64,000 nt of DNA, taken from positions 3,296,001 through 3,360,000 of the forward strand of contig CBDCOX010000002.1 in the NCBI GenBank assembly GCA_965219995.1, given 5' to 3'. Below the pieces are notes generated by a model, which was not told where the DNA came from, ran no database searches, and was given only the letters and a program-made list of their open reading frames with translations. The stretch comes from Candidatus Latescibacterota bacterium. GTDB lineage: Bacteria; Latescibacterota; UBA2968; GCA-2709665. The translations under genes and the position numbers were made by a program. Below, piece after piece: positions 37,215 through 47,185 of this stretch; position 1 is the stretch's first letter; each line of letters starts with the position of its first letter.

Positions 37215-39599
37215 TCATTCATACCTCAACGCGTCGACGGGATTCGCGCGGGCTGCTTTGAGCGTCTCATAGCTCACGGTCAGTAGCGCAATGCACAACG
37301 CTAACAAGCCCCCAAGGACAAACGTGGAGATGGCCGGATCAATCCGGTAGGCGAAATTCTCCAGCCATCTCGTCATCGCAAAGTAGGCGATCGGCCAGGC
37401 GACGAGATTGGCAGCACCGACAAGCAGGACATATTCTTTTGACAAGAGCAAGACAATACCGGAAACAGATGCCCCCACCGCCTTCCGGATACCGATCTCC
37501 TTGGTACGTCGTTGCACGCTTATGGACGCCAGGCCAAACAGACCAAGGGCGGCCACAACAATCGCCAGGACTGAGAAACTGCCGAATAGCATCCCCAGCC
37601 GAGTTTCCGTCCGGTACAGCCGGTCGAATGACGTATCCAGGAACGAGTATTCGAATGGCGTATTCGGTACGACTTCGCGCCATTGGGTTCTGAGAAAATC
37701 CAGCGTATCCCCGATATCCTCCGGCCGTATCCGGATGGAAATGTAGTCTCTTGTCCATCCCCCGCCCATCATGATCACAAGCGGTTCAATCTGATGATGG
37801 AGAGACTTGTAATGAAAGTCTTTCACAACCCCCACGATGTCTCCCTGGAGTCCCGCTTTCATTTCAGCACCTTCTCCATAGACATCCATTCCAAACCTTT
37901 TCTTCTCACAGGTAGTCCACCCCAGATTCCTCATCGCCGCTTGATTCAGTATAAAGGCTCCCTTGCGATCACTTGAAACGTCATCCGAAAATGCCCTTCC
38001 CTCCAATACTTCAATTCCAAACGTCTCGATGAACCCGTGATCCACGTACATCACATTCATCAGCACAGCATCATTGTAGATGCCCTCCGTGAAGGGGAAA
38101 AACAAATTTCCGGGCATCACTCCGCCTGGTACAGTCGAAGAGGCTGTTACATTCAGTACGGCGCTGTGTGCCGACACCCTGTTTCGGTAGCGTCGCTCCG
38201 GCGCGCCGCCGTCGTTCGGCATGACAACGATATGTTCCTTTCGAAATCCAAGGCGCCTGTTTCGAATAAACTCTGCCTGGTCATAGACCAGACCGGTTCC
38301 GATGACCAGAATGACCGATATTGCAAATTGGACGATAATGAGCGTCTTTCGAATGGCAGATTGTTTCGAACCGGCGTCCATCACCCCTTTGAATACCAGC
38401 ACCGGTTTAAGCGCAGAGAGAAAAAACGCGGGATAGCTTCCGGAGAACAAGCCAGAAAACAGCGCAATGCCGATCAGAGCCAACAGAGTGTTCCGGCTTT
38501 TCAGGTAATCAACGACCAGGTCGCGTTCGACAAAGGCTTCAAATGACGGAAGCACGATCTCCACCATTACACCGGCGATGACAATGGCGATGAAAGCCAG
38601 CAACGTCGATTCGCCCAAAAATTGACCGATCAACTCACCCCGGTACGCGCCGACCACTTTCCGCATCCCGATTTCCTTTGAGCGGTTCTCCGAGCGGGCG
38701 GTCGAAAGGTTCATGAAATTGATACACGCGAGCATTAATACAATAAACGCGATAACCAGAAAGAGATAGACATACCGGATATCCCCGTTGGGACTGATTT
38801 CGAAATCCAGGTGTGAATGAAGGTGAATATCGGTCAATGGCTGCAGAAAGAGCCTCAATTGTACACCTGCAGCTTCCATATCCGCTCCGAGGTGCCTGTG
38901 GATGAAACCCGGCAACTTCGATTCGACCTCCTGGGCAGCCTGCGCGGCCTGCAAGAGCAGATAGGTATGGAAGTCTATGCTAAGCCAGCCCTTGCTGATG
39001 TCTAGCGATGCGAGAAAGTCGAACTGTAAATGCGATCTGTTTTTTGAGTTCCTCAACACACCCGAAATCTTATGGGTGTTGCCGCCCAACGAAAGCGTCC
39101 GCCCCATCGGATCTTCGTCGCCGAAATATTTCCGAGCCATTGCTTCCGTCAGGACAATGGAATTCGGCTCCTGGAGTGCGGTTTGAGGATCACCTTTGCT
39201 CAGGGGAAAATCGAACACCTGGAAGACATTTGAATCGACGAACAGAACGCCTCTCTCGTAAAAGTGACGCTGCTGATTTGCAACAAGCGTCTTTTCATCT
39301 TTTCGGTGAAACCTGACCGCGTCTTCTACTGACGGGTATTCTTGAACGAGAGTTGAACCCATTGGGAATGATGTAACGGCGAACCGACCGGGCGCTCCTT
39401 CCGAATGAATCTCTGTGGCGAGCCGGAAAATCCGATCTGCATTCCTGTGGTGCCGGTCATAGCTCAGTTCATCTTGAACGTAAAGGAGAATGAGCAAGCA
39501 GCAGGCCATGCCGATTGCAAGGCCGAGGATGTTTATCGCCGAAAATACCTTGTTCCTCATCAGGTTGCGGACGGCGACTTTCAGGTAGTTTGCGACCAC
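37215..39599 (-). CDS. ABC transporter permease, duplicated MacB/FtsX type (paralog 3)
   Basis: MVANYLKVAVRNL, KEIGMRKVVGA, KEIGIRKAVGAS, ANPVDALRYE; AGGAGG RBS. Confidence 0.93.
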   Translation of the reverse strand: MVANYLKVAVRNLMRNKVFSAINILGLAIGMACCLLILLYVQDELSYDRHHRNADRIFRLATEIHSEGAPGRFAVTSFPMGSTLVQEYPSVEDAVRFHRKDEKTLVANQQRHFYERGVLFVDSNVFQVFDFPLSKGDPQTALQEPNSIVLTEAMARKYFGDEDPMGRTLSLGGNTHKISGVLRNSKNRSHLQFDFLASLDISKGWLSIDFHTYLLLQAAQAAQEVESKLPGFIHRHLGADMEAAGVQLRLFLQPLTDIHLHSHLDFEISPNGDIRYVYLFLVIAFIVLMLACINFMNLSTARSENRSKEIGMRKVVGAYRGELIGQFLGESTLLAFIAIVIAGVMVEIVLPSFEAFVERDLVVDYLKSRNTLLALIGIALFSGLFSGSYPAFFLSALKPVLVFKGVMDAGSKQSAIRKTLIIVQFAISVILVIGTGLVYDQAEFIRNRRLGFRKEHIVVMPNDGGAPERRYRNRVSAHSAVLNVTASSTVPGGVMPGNLFFPFTEGIYNDAVLMNVMYVDHGFIETFGIEVLEGRAFSDDVSSDRKGAFILNQAAMRNLGWTTCEKKRFGMDVYGEGAEMKAGLQGDIVGVVKDFHYKSLHHQIEPLVIMMGGGWTRDYISIRIRPEDIGDTLDFLRTQWREVVPNTPFEYSFLDTSFDRLYRTETRLGMLFGSFSVLAIVVAALGLFGLASISVQRRTKEIGIRKAVGASVSGIVLLLSKEYVLLVGAANLVAWPIAYFAMTRWLENFAYRIDPAISTFVLGGLLALCIALLTVSYETLKAARANPVDALRYE

Positions 39600-39627
39600 G
39601 TAGGGTCACCTCCTGCGTTTCATTGAC

Positions 39628-40362
39628 GCGTCTCCGCTCAGAATGACAGGCCGGCCGATCGCCAAACATGTCATCCTGAGGAAGCCCTGCCTGGCAGCGT
39701 TTCATCGGCAGGCAGGCAGACGAAGGATCTACTGCAGCATCGCTTGATCCCCGAGCGTCTTCTGTCATTCGCCGTGACGTGGAAGGCGGCACGTTTGCGC
39801 CGACACGGTCAGGCTGATGTGGCGCGCGTGTTGAAGGGAATCCGAGTTACGGGCATTTCGACAAGCCGTTTCGACAGGCTCAACGCAAGCAATGACCACG
39901 TTTTGGTAGGCGTTCTTGGACTTTGCTCAGAATGACATGCTTTGCAATGACCATTGGCGAGATGTTACGGTCACGCGTTTGCCAATCCGGTCATCCTGAG
40001 GAAGCCGCCCTGCCTGCGATTCATCGGCAGGCAGGCTGACGAAGGATCTACTGCGGCATCGGATGGCGCCCGAGCGTCTTCAGTCATTCGCCGTGACGCG
40101 GAATGCGGCACGTTTGCGCCGACACGGTCAGGCTGATGTGGCGCGAGTGTTGAAGGGATTCCGAGTTACGGGCATTTCGACAAGCCGTTTCGACAGGCTC
40201 AACGCAAGCAATGACCACGTTTTGGTAGGCGTTTTTGGACTTTGCTCAGAATGACATGCTTTGCAATGACCATTGGCGAGATGTTACGGTCACGCGTTTG
40301 CCAATCCGGTCATCCTGAGGAAGCCGCGAGGCTACTCCCCTCTCCGTTCAGGGGAGGGGTCG
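39628..40362 (+). repeat. REP-mosaic repeat family, block 2, with a ~320-bp tandem duplication
   Basis: GTCATCCTGAGGAAGCC recurs at 39670, 39990 and 40309; the two units are near-identical. Confidence 0.92.
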
Positions 40363-40365
40363 CCA

Positions 40366-42936
40366 TCACTCATACCGCAACGCGTCGACGGGATTCGCGC
40401 GGGCAGCGCGCGCGACCTGAAGGCTGACCGCCAGGAGTACGACGAGAAGCGTGAGCAGGCCTCCCAGCAGAAAGGTCCCGATCCCCGGATCCACACGATA
40501 CGCGAAATTCTGCAACCAGCGCTCCGTCGCGTAGTACGTTGCAGGCCATGAGATCAGCGCGGCGATTCCGACCATGATCACATATTCCCGGGTCAGCAGG
40601 TAGATGATACGGGTCGTTGGCGCACCCACGACTTTCCGGATTCCGATTTCCTTGGTCCGCCTGGCGACGGTGAGTGATATCAGCCCGAACGCGCCCAGGC
40701 AGGCGATGAATACCGCAAAGAACGTCGCATAACCCGCGATTCTGAACCAACGGCTTTCCTCACGGTATTGACGGTCTATTTCCTCATCCAGGAAATTATG
40801 GTCAAACGGAACACCCGGTACAATTTCGTCCCATTTCTCTCTCAGGAATTCCAGTGTGTCAAAGACGTTCTCCGGGCGAATCCGAATCATCAATAGGACC
40901 CGGAAGTCCGGCAGGGACCTGGCGGTCGACGAGGTCGCCTGCAATTGCAGCACCGCGGGTCCAATGGCGTGGTGAAGAGACCGGAAATGAAAATCCCTGA
41001 CGACGCCGATAACCTGCATGTCCTTCCTGCCGATTCGAATCATCTCGCCTAGAGCCGAGTCCCTTCCAAGTGCCCTGGCGAGCGTTTCATTGACGATGAC
41101 CGAGGTCTCCGCGTCGCTGTCCCTTTCGAAATTCCGGCCGTCCAGTAGCCTTATATCCATTGTTTCCAGGAAGCGTGTATCACAAGACATACTCTCAACC
41201 CCTTCCAACGTCGTCCCCTCCCAACTGATGTTGAAGCTACTCCGCATCAGACTGCTGAATCCGTGTCCTGTTCTCGTCGTATTCAAAACGGAATGGTATG
41301 GCCGGACGGCCTCCTCAAAGGCCTTGGCCAGCTTCATTCTTTCCGTTATCCCAAATAGACGAATTACGACGACATGGCTGGGCTCGAATCCAAGCGGTTT
41401 CGATTTCAGTATGTCCATTTGTATTGAAGCTATGGTCATGCATGTCACCAGTGACGTGGAGATGGCCAGTTGGAATGCCACGAGCGACCGGCTGAAGGTC
41501 CCCATGCGATCCGCCTTGAATCGCCCCTTCAACGCATCGACCGGGATGAATCCCGACATGAAGAGTGCCGGGTAACCCCCGGCGATAACCCCGACGACCA
41601 GCGCCATGACGAGTAGATACGGAAGTGAGTTGGAATCCGCCAGATCGGAAAGGGAGAATTTCCTGCTGACCAGGCTATTGAAGCCCGGTAGGAGCACTTC
41701 AGCAAGCGCGAGCCCGAGCCCAAACGCGACCAGGGTCAGCAGGATCGACTCCGCGAGAAACTGCCTCACCAGTTGGGTTCGCAGTCCCCCGGCAACCTTC
41801 CGCATTCCAACTTCCCGCGCACGGGAGAACGACCGGCCGACCGAAAGGTTCGTATAGTTGACTGCGGCCACGACCAGCACGAGTATTGCAATGCCCGCCA
41901 GGATAAACGAATGGCCGGGAGTCCCTGAACGACCGGTGAGGCGGCCGAATCCGACGTCGGTGCCGACGATGTTGGAATTAAAGTAGATGTCTCTCAAAGC
42001 AAGCAGTTTCAGCTTCTCCGGCTGTCGGTTCCTCGGCCACGGTATAGAAAGACCGCCAAGCCGGCGCTCCATTTCGAGGCGACTCAGATTTTCCGGCAGC
42101 AGGACATAAGTGTTCACGGTGTTCCAATCCCGTTTCTGAACCGCTGGGTTCAGTGCTGAGAGAAGGTCAAAGCGAAGGGTGGAATTTTTGGGAATGTCCC
42201 CGATCACACCGGTCACCGTCAATTCCTGAGTCGGACGTTTATCCGGCACTTCCGGCCTGGTGTAAGATGATGTTGGGTTTATTGAGAAGGATAAAATTCT
42301 TGCCCCGGATACTTCGCCGGGATGATCCGAGCGCGCCGGGGCTGGCGTTGCGCCGGCAGGACCTTCTTTTTGTCCAGTCCGTTGCTTGTCACCTTCATCT
42401 GATCCTCCGCCCCCGAAATTCAATACGATCGGCTCGACATCCTGAACGGAAATCGACTTCCCGATCGGGTCCTGCCCTGAGAAATATCTCGCAGCCATGG
42501 ATTCGGTAATCACCACGTAGTTCGGAGCCACCAGAGCGGTGGCAGCGTCTCCCTTGATCAGAGGAAAGGAGAAGACGTCCAGAATTGATGGATCTGCCTG
42601 AAGGATGTTTACCTTCGTCGTCTGGCCTCGATCGTGAACAATGCGCATCCCGGAATGTATCCTCACGGAACGGACGTCCGGCAGCGTTTCCGACAACGCA
42701 GGCCCCAATTCCGTTGGTGTATTTTCTGAAGTGATGCGGCTCCCAAATTCTGCGTAGACCCTGTAAATCCGTTCGGCGTTTTCATGAAACCCGTCGTAGG
42801 TCCATTCGTATCGCACAAACAGGTAGGCAAGGAGGCAAAACGCAATCGCGATGCCCAGCCCCACCACGTTGATGGCGGCGTACAGCCGGTGCCGCAGCAG
42901 ATTGCGATACGCGACCTTGAGATAATTCCAGAACAT
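40366..42936 (-). CDS. ABC transporter permease, duplicated MacB/FtsX type (paralog 4, with ~65-70-aa insertion)
   Basis: MFWNYLKVAYRNL, REVGMRKVAGG, KEIGIRKVVGA, ANPVDALRYE. Confidence 0.93.
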   Translation of the reverse strand: MFWNYLKVAYRNLLRHRLYAAINVVGLGIAIAFCLLAYLFVRYEWTYDGFHENAERIYRVYAEFGSRITSENTPTELGPALSETLPDVRSVRIHSGMRIVHDRGQTTKVNILQADPSILDVFSFPLIKGDAATALVAPNYVVITESMAARYFSGQDPIGKSISVQDVEPIVLNFGGGGSDEGDKQRTGQKEGPAGATPAPARSDHPGEVSGARILSFSINPTSSYTRPEVPDKRPTQELTVTGVIGDIPKNSTLRFDLLSALNPAVQKRDWNTVNTYVLLPENLSRLEMERRLGGLSIPWPRNRQPEKLKLLALRDIYFNSNIVGTDVGFGRLTGRSGTPGHSFILAGIAILVLVVAAVNYTNLSVGRSFSRAREVGMRKVAGGLRTQLVRQFLAESILLTLVAFGLGLALAEVLLPGFNSLVSRKFSLSDLADSNSLPYLLVMALVVGVIAGGYPALFMSGFIPVDALKGRFKADRMGTFSRSLVAFQLAISTSLVTCMTIASIQMDILKSKPLGFEPSHVVVIRLFGITERMKLAKAFEEAVRPYHSVLNTTRTGHGFSSLMRSSFNISWEGTTLEGVESMSCDTRFLETMDIRLLDGRNFERDSDAETSVIVNETLARALGRDSALGEMIRIGRKDMQVIGVVRDFHFRSLHHAIGPAVLQLQATSSTARSLPDFRVLLMIRIRPENVFDTLEFLREKWDEIVPGVPFDHNFLDEEIDRQYREESRWFRIAGYATFFAVFIACLGAFGLISLTVARRTKEIGIRKVVGAPTTRIIYLLTREYVIMVGIAALISWPATYYATERWLQNFAYRVDPGIGTFLLGGLLTLLVVLLAVSLQVARAARANPVDALRYE

Positions 42937-42980
42937 CGACTGACTCCTTCGTGGAAAGTACCATCCACTTCAATTCGGCG

Positions 42981-44060
42981 CGGCTCCGCTCAGAATCACA
43001 ACTTGGGCGATGAACATCCGCGAATCGTATCCGTCATACCTTCGCCCAAACTGTCATCCTGAGGAGGCTGCCCTGCCTGCCAGAGATTCATCGGCAGGCA
43101 GGCCGACGAAGGATCTACTGCAGCATCGGATGATGCCCAAGCTTCTTGCACTTAGTGCGACCTGGCAGGCGGCACGTTTGCGCCTACACGGTCAGGCGGA
43201 GCAAGCGCGAGTGTTGCAGTGATTCCGGGTTACGGGCATTTCGACAAGCTTACTTCGGCAAGCTCAGCACAGGCAATGACCACGTTTTGGTTGGCGTTCT
43301 TGGACATTGCTCAGAATGACATGTTTTGCAATAGCCTTTGGCGAAATGTCCCGGTCATACCTTTTTCCGACCGTCAACGTGAAGAAACCGCAGTGAGGGT
43401 GGGGCGGACATTCCTGTCTGCCTGCCTCGCGTCGTACGGGCTGCCTAAACGCGGGCATTTCGACAAGCCGTTTCGACAGGCTCAACGCAAGCAATGACCA
43501 CGCGTTCGTAGGCAATCTTGGATTTCACTCAGAATAACAGGCCGGCCGCTCGCCAAACATGTCATTCTGAGGAAGCCGCTATGCCTGACAGCGGTTCACC
43601 GGCAGGCTGGCTGACGAAGGATCTACTGCGGCATCGCTTGATACTCAAGCATGTTCTGTCATTCGACGTGACCTGGCAGGCGGCACGTTTGCGCCTACGC
43701 GGTCTTGCTGTGGCGGCGCCAGAGAAGCCAGGCCTCCGCGCATATGGGCCGGTGTACGGGTCCGCTGAACGTCAAGCCGAGAAGACGGGAGATTCTTCGC
43801 TCCGCTCAGAATGACATGTTTTGCAATTGCTAAATGCGAAATGTTTCGGTCATACGTTTGCCAGTTCCGTCATCCGCTCGGCCTGTGCCGCTCCCTGAAT
43901 TTGCGGTTCCTGAGCCGTTCCCTGAGCATGCGTTGCCCTGAGCTTGTCGAAGGGTCGAAGGGCCGGCGAAGGGCTGCCTGAATGCGGGCATTTCGACATT
44001 TCGACAAGCTCAATGCAGGCATGCTTACTTCGGCAAGCTCAGCACAGGCAATGACCACGC
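42981..44060 (+). repeat. REP-mosaic repeat family, block 3 (at least two units plus fragments)
   Basis: GTCATCCTGAGG at ~43053, GTCATTCTGAGG at 43561; CTCAGAAT(G/C/A)AC at ~42988, 43310, 43528 and 43806; repeated GGGCATTTCGACAAGC. Confidence 0.88.
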
Positions 44061-44129
44061 ATAGATACGTTCTATTGAACTCAGTTGGCCGCGAATGGGA
44101 TTCTCTTCAATACCCTGCGCCATACCCTG

Positions 44130-44349
44130 AGCAACGGGCGTGCCATGTGTTTTCGGCTCGATTTTACAGGTACTTAGCGATGCGACGGCGAAATACCCCG
44201 CCCGGAAGTGTTCGAAAATGATACAGCAGTGTCCGAAAACGCACATGCACGAGGGGCCGGTCTCCGTACCGCTTGACAGGATAAGTCTCTGTGATCATTA
44301 TGGTTGTGCGTAATTTCGGCTCAAGAGGCATATTGGCACGAAAAATGCG
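44130..44349. promoter_or_regulatory. Sigma54 promoter module 3, bidirectional
   Basis: Minus strand TGGCACG-CCCG-TTGCT (44130-44145, consensus); enhancer GTGTTCGAAAATGATACAG and TGTCCGAAAACGCACA (44208-44245); plus strand TGGCACG-AAAA-ATGCG (44334-44349) facing the regulator gene. Confidence 0.8.
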
Positions 44350-44459
44350 CATCTTGTCAGGCAATGAAACATCTCCGACATGTTCGGCTGCCGATCCCTT
44401 TTCGTCTCCGGGACACGGGTAGCGCCCGCCGATTCATGCTCGAACGCTCCGAGGCTCCG

Positions 44460-45836
44460 ATGAAATCATCCGACAAAATCCTCATCGTCGACGACGACCA
44501 CGACGTGCTGCTGGCCGCGCAACTCTATCTCAAGCAGCACGCCGGGCGGGTGGATACGGAAGCCGATCCCAACCGCATTCCCGAACTGCTGCAGAATGAT
44601 TCCTACGACGTGATCCTGCTGGATATGAACTTCGCGCAGGACGCCACGTCGGGCAGAGAAGGGTTCCACTGGCTGAGGCGGATTCTGGAGATGGATCCGT
44701 CCGCGGTGGTGGTGCTCATCACGGCGTTCGGCGACGTCAAGACCGCCGTTCAGGCCATCAGGGAGGGCGCTACGGACTTTGTCCTCAAACCATGGCAGAA
44801 TGAAAAACTCCTGGCCACACTGTCCGCGGCAGCCCGGCTCCGCCAATCGCGCCTCGACGTCGCCCGGCTCCGCTCACGGCAGAAGCAGCTCCATGCCGAC
44901 CTTGACCGGCAGTTTCCCGGCATCGTGGCCGTCTCTCCGGTCATGCGCGAGGTCTTCGAGACCATACGGAAGGTCGCCGCAACCGACGCCAACGTCCTCA
45001 TTCTGGGCGACAACGGAACGGGAAAGGATGCGGTGGCGCGCGCCATTCACCGAAATTCCAGCCGCGCGGACCAGGTCTTCATCCACGTCGACCTCGGCGC
45101 CGTCCCCGAGACCCTTTTCGAAAGCGAGCTTTTCGGGCACAAAAAAGGCGCCTTTACAGACGCCAGGGAGGACCGTGCGGGGCGGTTTGAAACGGCGTCG
45201 GACGGGACGCTCTTCCTGGACGAAATCGGCAACCTCTCGCTGACGCTTCAGGCGAAGCTGCTCACCGTACTCGAAAAGCGCACGGTGTTCCGGCTGGGCA
45301 CCAACAAGCCCGTCCCCATCGATATCCGGCTCGTGTGCGCCACGAATACCCCCATCCACGAACTTGCTGCCCGGAACGACTTCCGCCAGGACCTGCTCTA
45401 CCGCGTCAACACCGTTGAAATCAGCCTGCCGCCGCTCCGGGACCGCCGCGAAGACCTCCCGCTCCTCGTCGGCAGCTTCCTGGACAGGTATTGCAGGAAA
45501 TACAAGAAGCCCCGTATCGGCCTGCATCCCCGCACCCTGGAAAAACTCAAAGGATACGCCTGGCCCGGAAACGTCCGCGAACTCCAGCACGCCATCGAAC
45601 GCGCGGTCATCATGAACGAAAACGGCACGCTGCAACCGGCGGATTTTCCGCTCAGCACGTCGGAAGGCGCCGCGGGCGACCACATTCACTGCGAAGACTT
45701 CAATCTCGAACGCATCGAGAAAACCGCCATCCGCAAAGCCATCGAGAAGCACGAGGGCAACATCAGCCACACGGCCCGGGAACTTGGCATCACGCGCAGC
45801 GCCCTTTACCGAAGGCTGGAAAAATATGGTCTATAG
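44460..45836 (+). CDS. Sigma54-dependent NtrC-family response regulator (REC-AAA+-Fis HTH)
   Basis: ILIVDDD, LLDMNF, GDNGTGKD, ESELFGHKKGAFTDA, LFLDEIG, WPGNVREL, LGITRSALYRRL. Confidence 0.96.
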   Translation: MKSSDKILIVDDDHDVLLAAQLYLKQHAGRVDTEADPNRIPELLQNDSYDVILLDMNFAQDATSGREGFHWLRRILEMDPSAVVVLITAFGDVKTAVQAIREGATDFVLKPWQNEKLLATLSAAARLRQSRLDVARLRSRQKQLHADLDRQFPGIVAVSPVMREVFETIRKVAATDANVLILGDNGTGKDAVARAIHRNSSRADQVFIHVDLGAVPETLFESELFGHKKGAFTDAREDRAGRFETASDGTLFLDEIGNLSLTLQAKLLTVLEKRTVFRLGTNKPVPIDIRLVCATNTPIHELAARNDFRQDLLYRVNTVEISLPPLRDRREDLPLLVGSFLDRYCRKYKKPRIGLHPRTLEKLKGYAWPGNVRELQHAIERAVIMNENGTLQPADFPLSTSEGAAGDHIHCEDFNLERIEKTAIRKAIEKHEGNISHTARELGITRSALYRRLEKYGL

Positions 45837-47169
45837 ACACTTTCGGACGCTGTGCATCGTGCGTGTGGCGTTCCTGTGCGCCAACATCTGCGCCCTCGTG
45901 TTCGTGCTCTTTCAGACGTCCTACTACACCACCGTCTTCATTCTGGCCGGCATTGCACTCTACCAGGCCTGGGCCCTCATCCACTTCGTGGAGCGCACCA
46001 ACCGGGACCTCACCCGCTTTCTGCAGGCCATCCGGTACGAAGACTTCTCCCAATCTTTCAGCGGCAGGGGACTCGGGTCCGCATTCGACGACCTGAAAGA
46101 GGCGTTCAACGAGGTGCTGAACGCCTTTCGGAAGACACGCGCGGAAAAAGAGGAGAACTTTCAATACCTGCAGACGGTGGTCCAGCACGTGGGCGTGGGC
46201 CTGGTGTGTTACGACGCCGACGGCCGCATCGAGCTCATGAACACCGCCGCCCAGCGCCTGCTTCGCAGACCCCACGTCCACAACGTGCGCGAGCTGCGGT
46301 CGGTGAGCGAGTCCCTTGCCGACACCCTTCTCGCCCTGCGGCCGGGCGACAGGACCCTGGTCAAAGTCCAGGACGACGATGAACTCCTTCAGATTGTCAT
46401 CCACGCCACCGAAATCAGAATGCGCGGCGAGTCGTTCATCCTCGCCTCCGTGCAGGACATACAGAGCGAACTCGAAGAACAGGAAATGGAAGCGTGGCAG
46501 AAGCTTATCCGCGTGCTCATCCACGAAATCATGAACTCCATCACCCCCATATCCTCTCTGGCCTCCACCGTACGCGGTCATTTTCCCGAATCGGACCGCC
46601 CTCAGTCGCTCGATCCCCACATCGTAACCGACGTACACGCGGCGCTGGAGACCATTCAGTCGCGGAGCGAGGGCCTGCAACAGTTCGTCGACACCTACCG
46701 CCAACTCACACGGATCCCCCGGCCCGACTTTCAGATCTGCCCGGTCGGCGAACTCTTCGCCCGCGTTGTAAACCTGATGCAACCGGAATGTGAAAAGGAG
46801 CGCATCGGACTCCGCACACGGGTCGAACCCGAGTCCCTGGAAGTTACGGCCGACCCCCACCTCGTAGAGCAGGTCCTCATTAATCTGGTGCGGAACGCGC
46901 TCCAGGCCCTCGCCGGACGCGATCAGGCCCGCGTCGAACTCGCCGCGGGCCTGGACCGAAGAGGCCGCGTCCTCATCCGCGTGAGGGACAATGGACCCGG
47001 CATCCTCGAAGACGTGCAGGAACGTATCTTTATCCCGTTCTTCACCACCAGACAGGAGGGTTCAGGCATCGGGCTGTCGCTCTGCCGGCAGATCATGCGC
47101 CAGCATCGCGGCGCCATCAGCGTTCAGTCTACGCCCGGCAGTGAAACTGTATTCACCCTCCGGTTCTGA
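45826..47169 (+). CDS. Membrane sensor histidine kinase (NtrY-like, PAS)
   Basis: Two TM segments, HEIMNS H-box, QVLINLVRNA, DNGPG, FFTT, GSGIGL; overlaps the regulator stop. Confidence 0.94.
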   Translation: MVYRHFRTLCIVRVAFLCANICALVFVLFQTSYYTTVFILAGIALYQAWALIHFVERTNRDLTRFLQAIRYEDFSQSFSGRGLGSAFDDLKEAFNEVLNAFRKTRAEKEENFQYLQTVVQHVGVGLVCYDADGRIELMNTAAQRLLRRPHVHNVRELRSVSESLADTLLALRPGDRTLVKVQDDDELLQIVIHATEIRMRGESFILASVQDIQSELEEQEMEAWQKLIRVLIHEIMNSITPISSLASTVRGHFPESDRPQSLDPHIVTDVHAALETIQSRSEGLQQFVDTYRQLTRIPRPDFQICPVGELFARVVNLMQPECEKERIGLRTRVEPESLEVTADPHLVEQVLINLVRNALQALAGRDQARVELAAGLDRRGRVLIRVRDNGPGILEDVQERIFIPFFTTRQEGSGIGLSLCRQIMRQHRGAISVQSTPGSETVFTLRF

Positions 47170-47185
47170 TCCGCTGACACCGCTC

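Noticed and set aside
39670-40327. Possible CRISPR array
   Set aside because: Units are ~320 bp and near-identical throughout, with no unique spacers and no cas genes.
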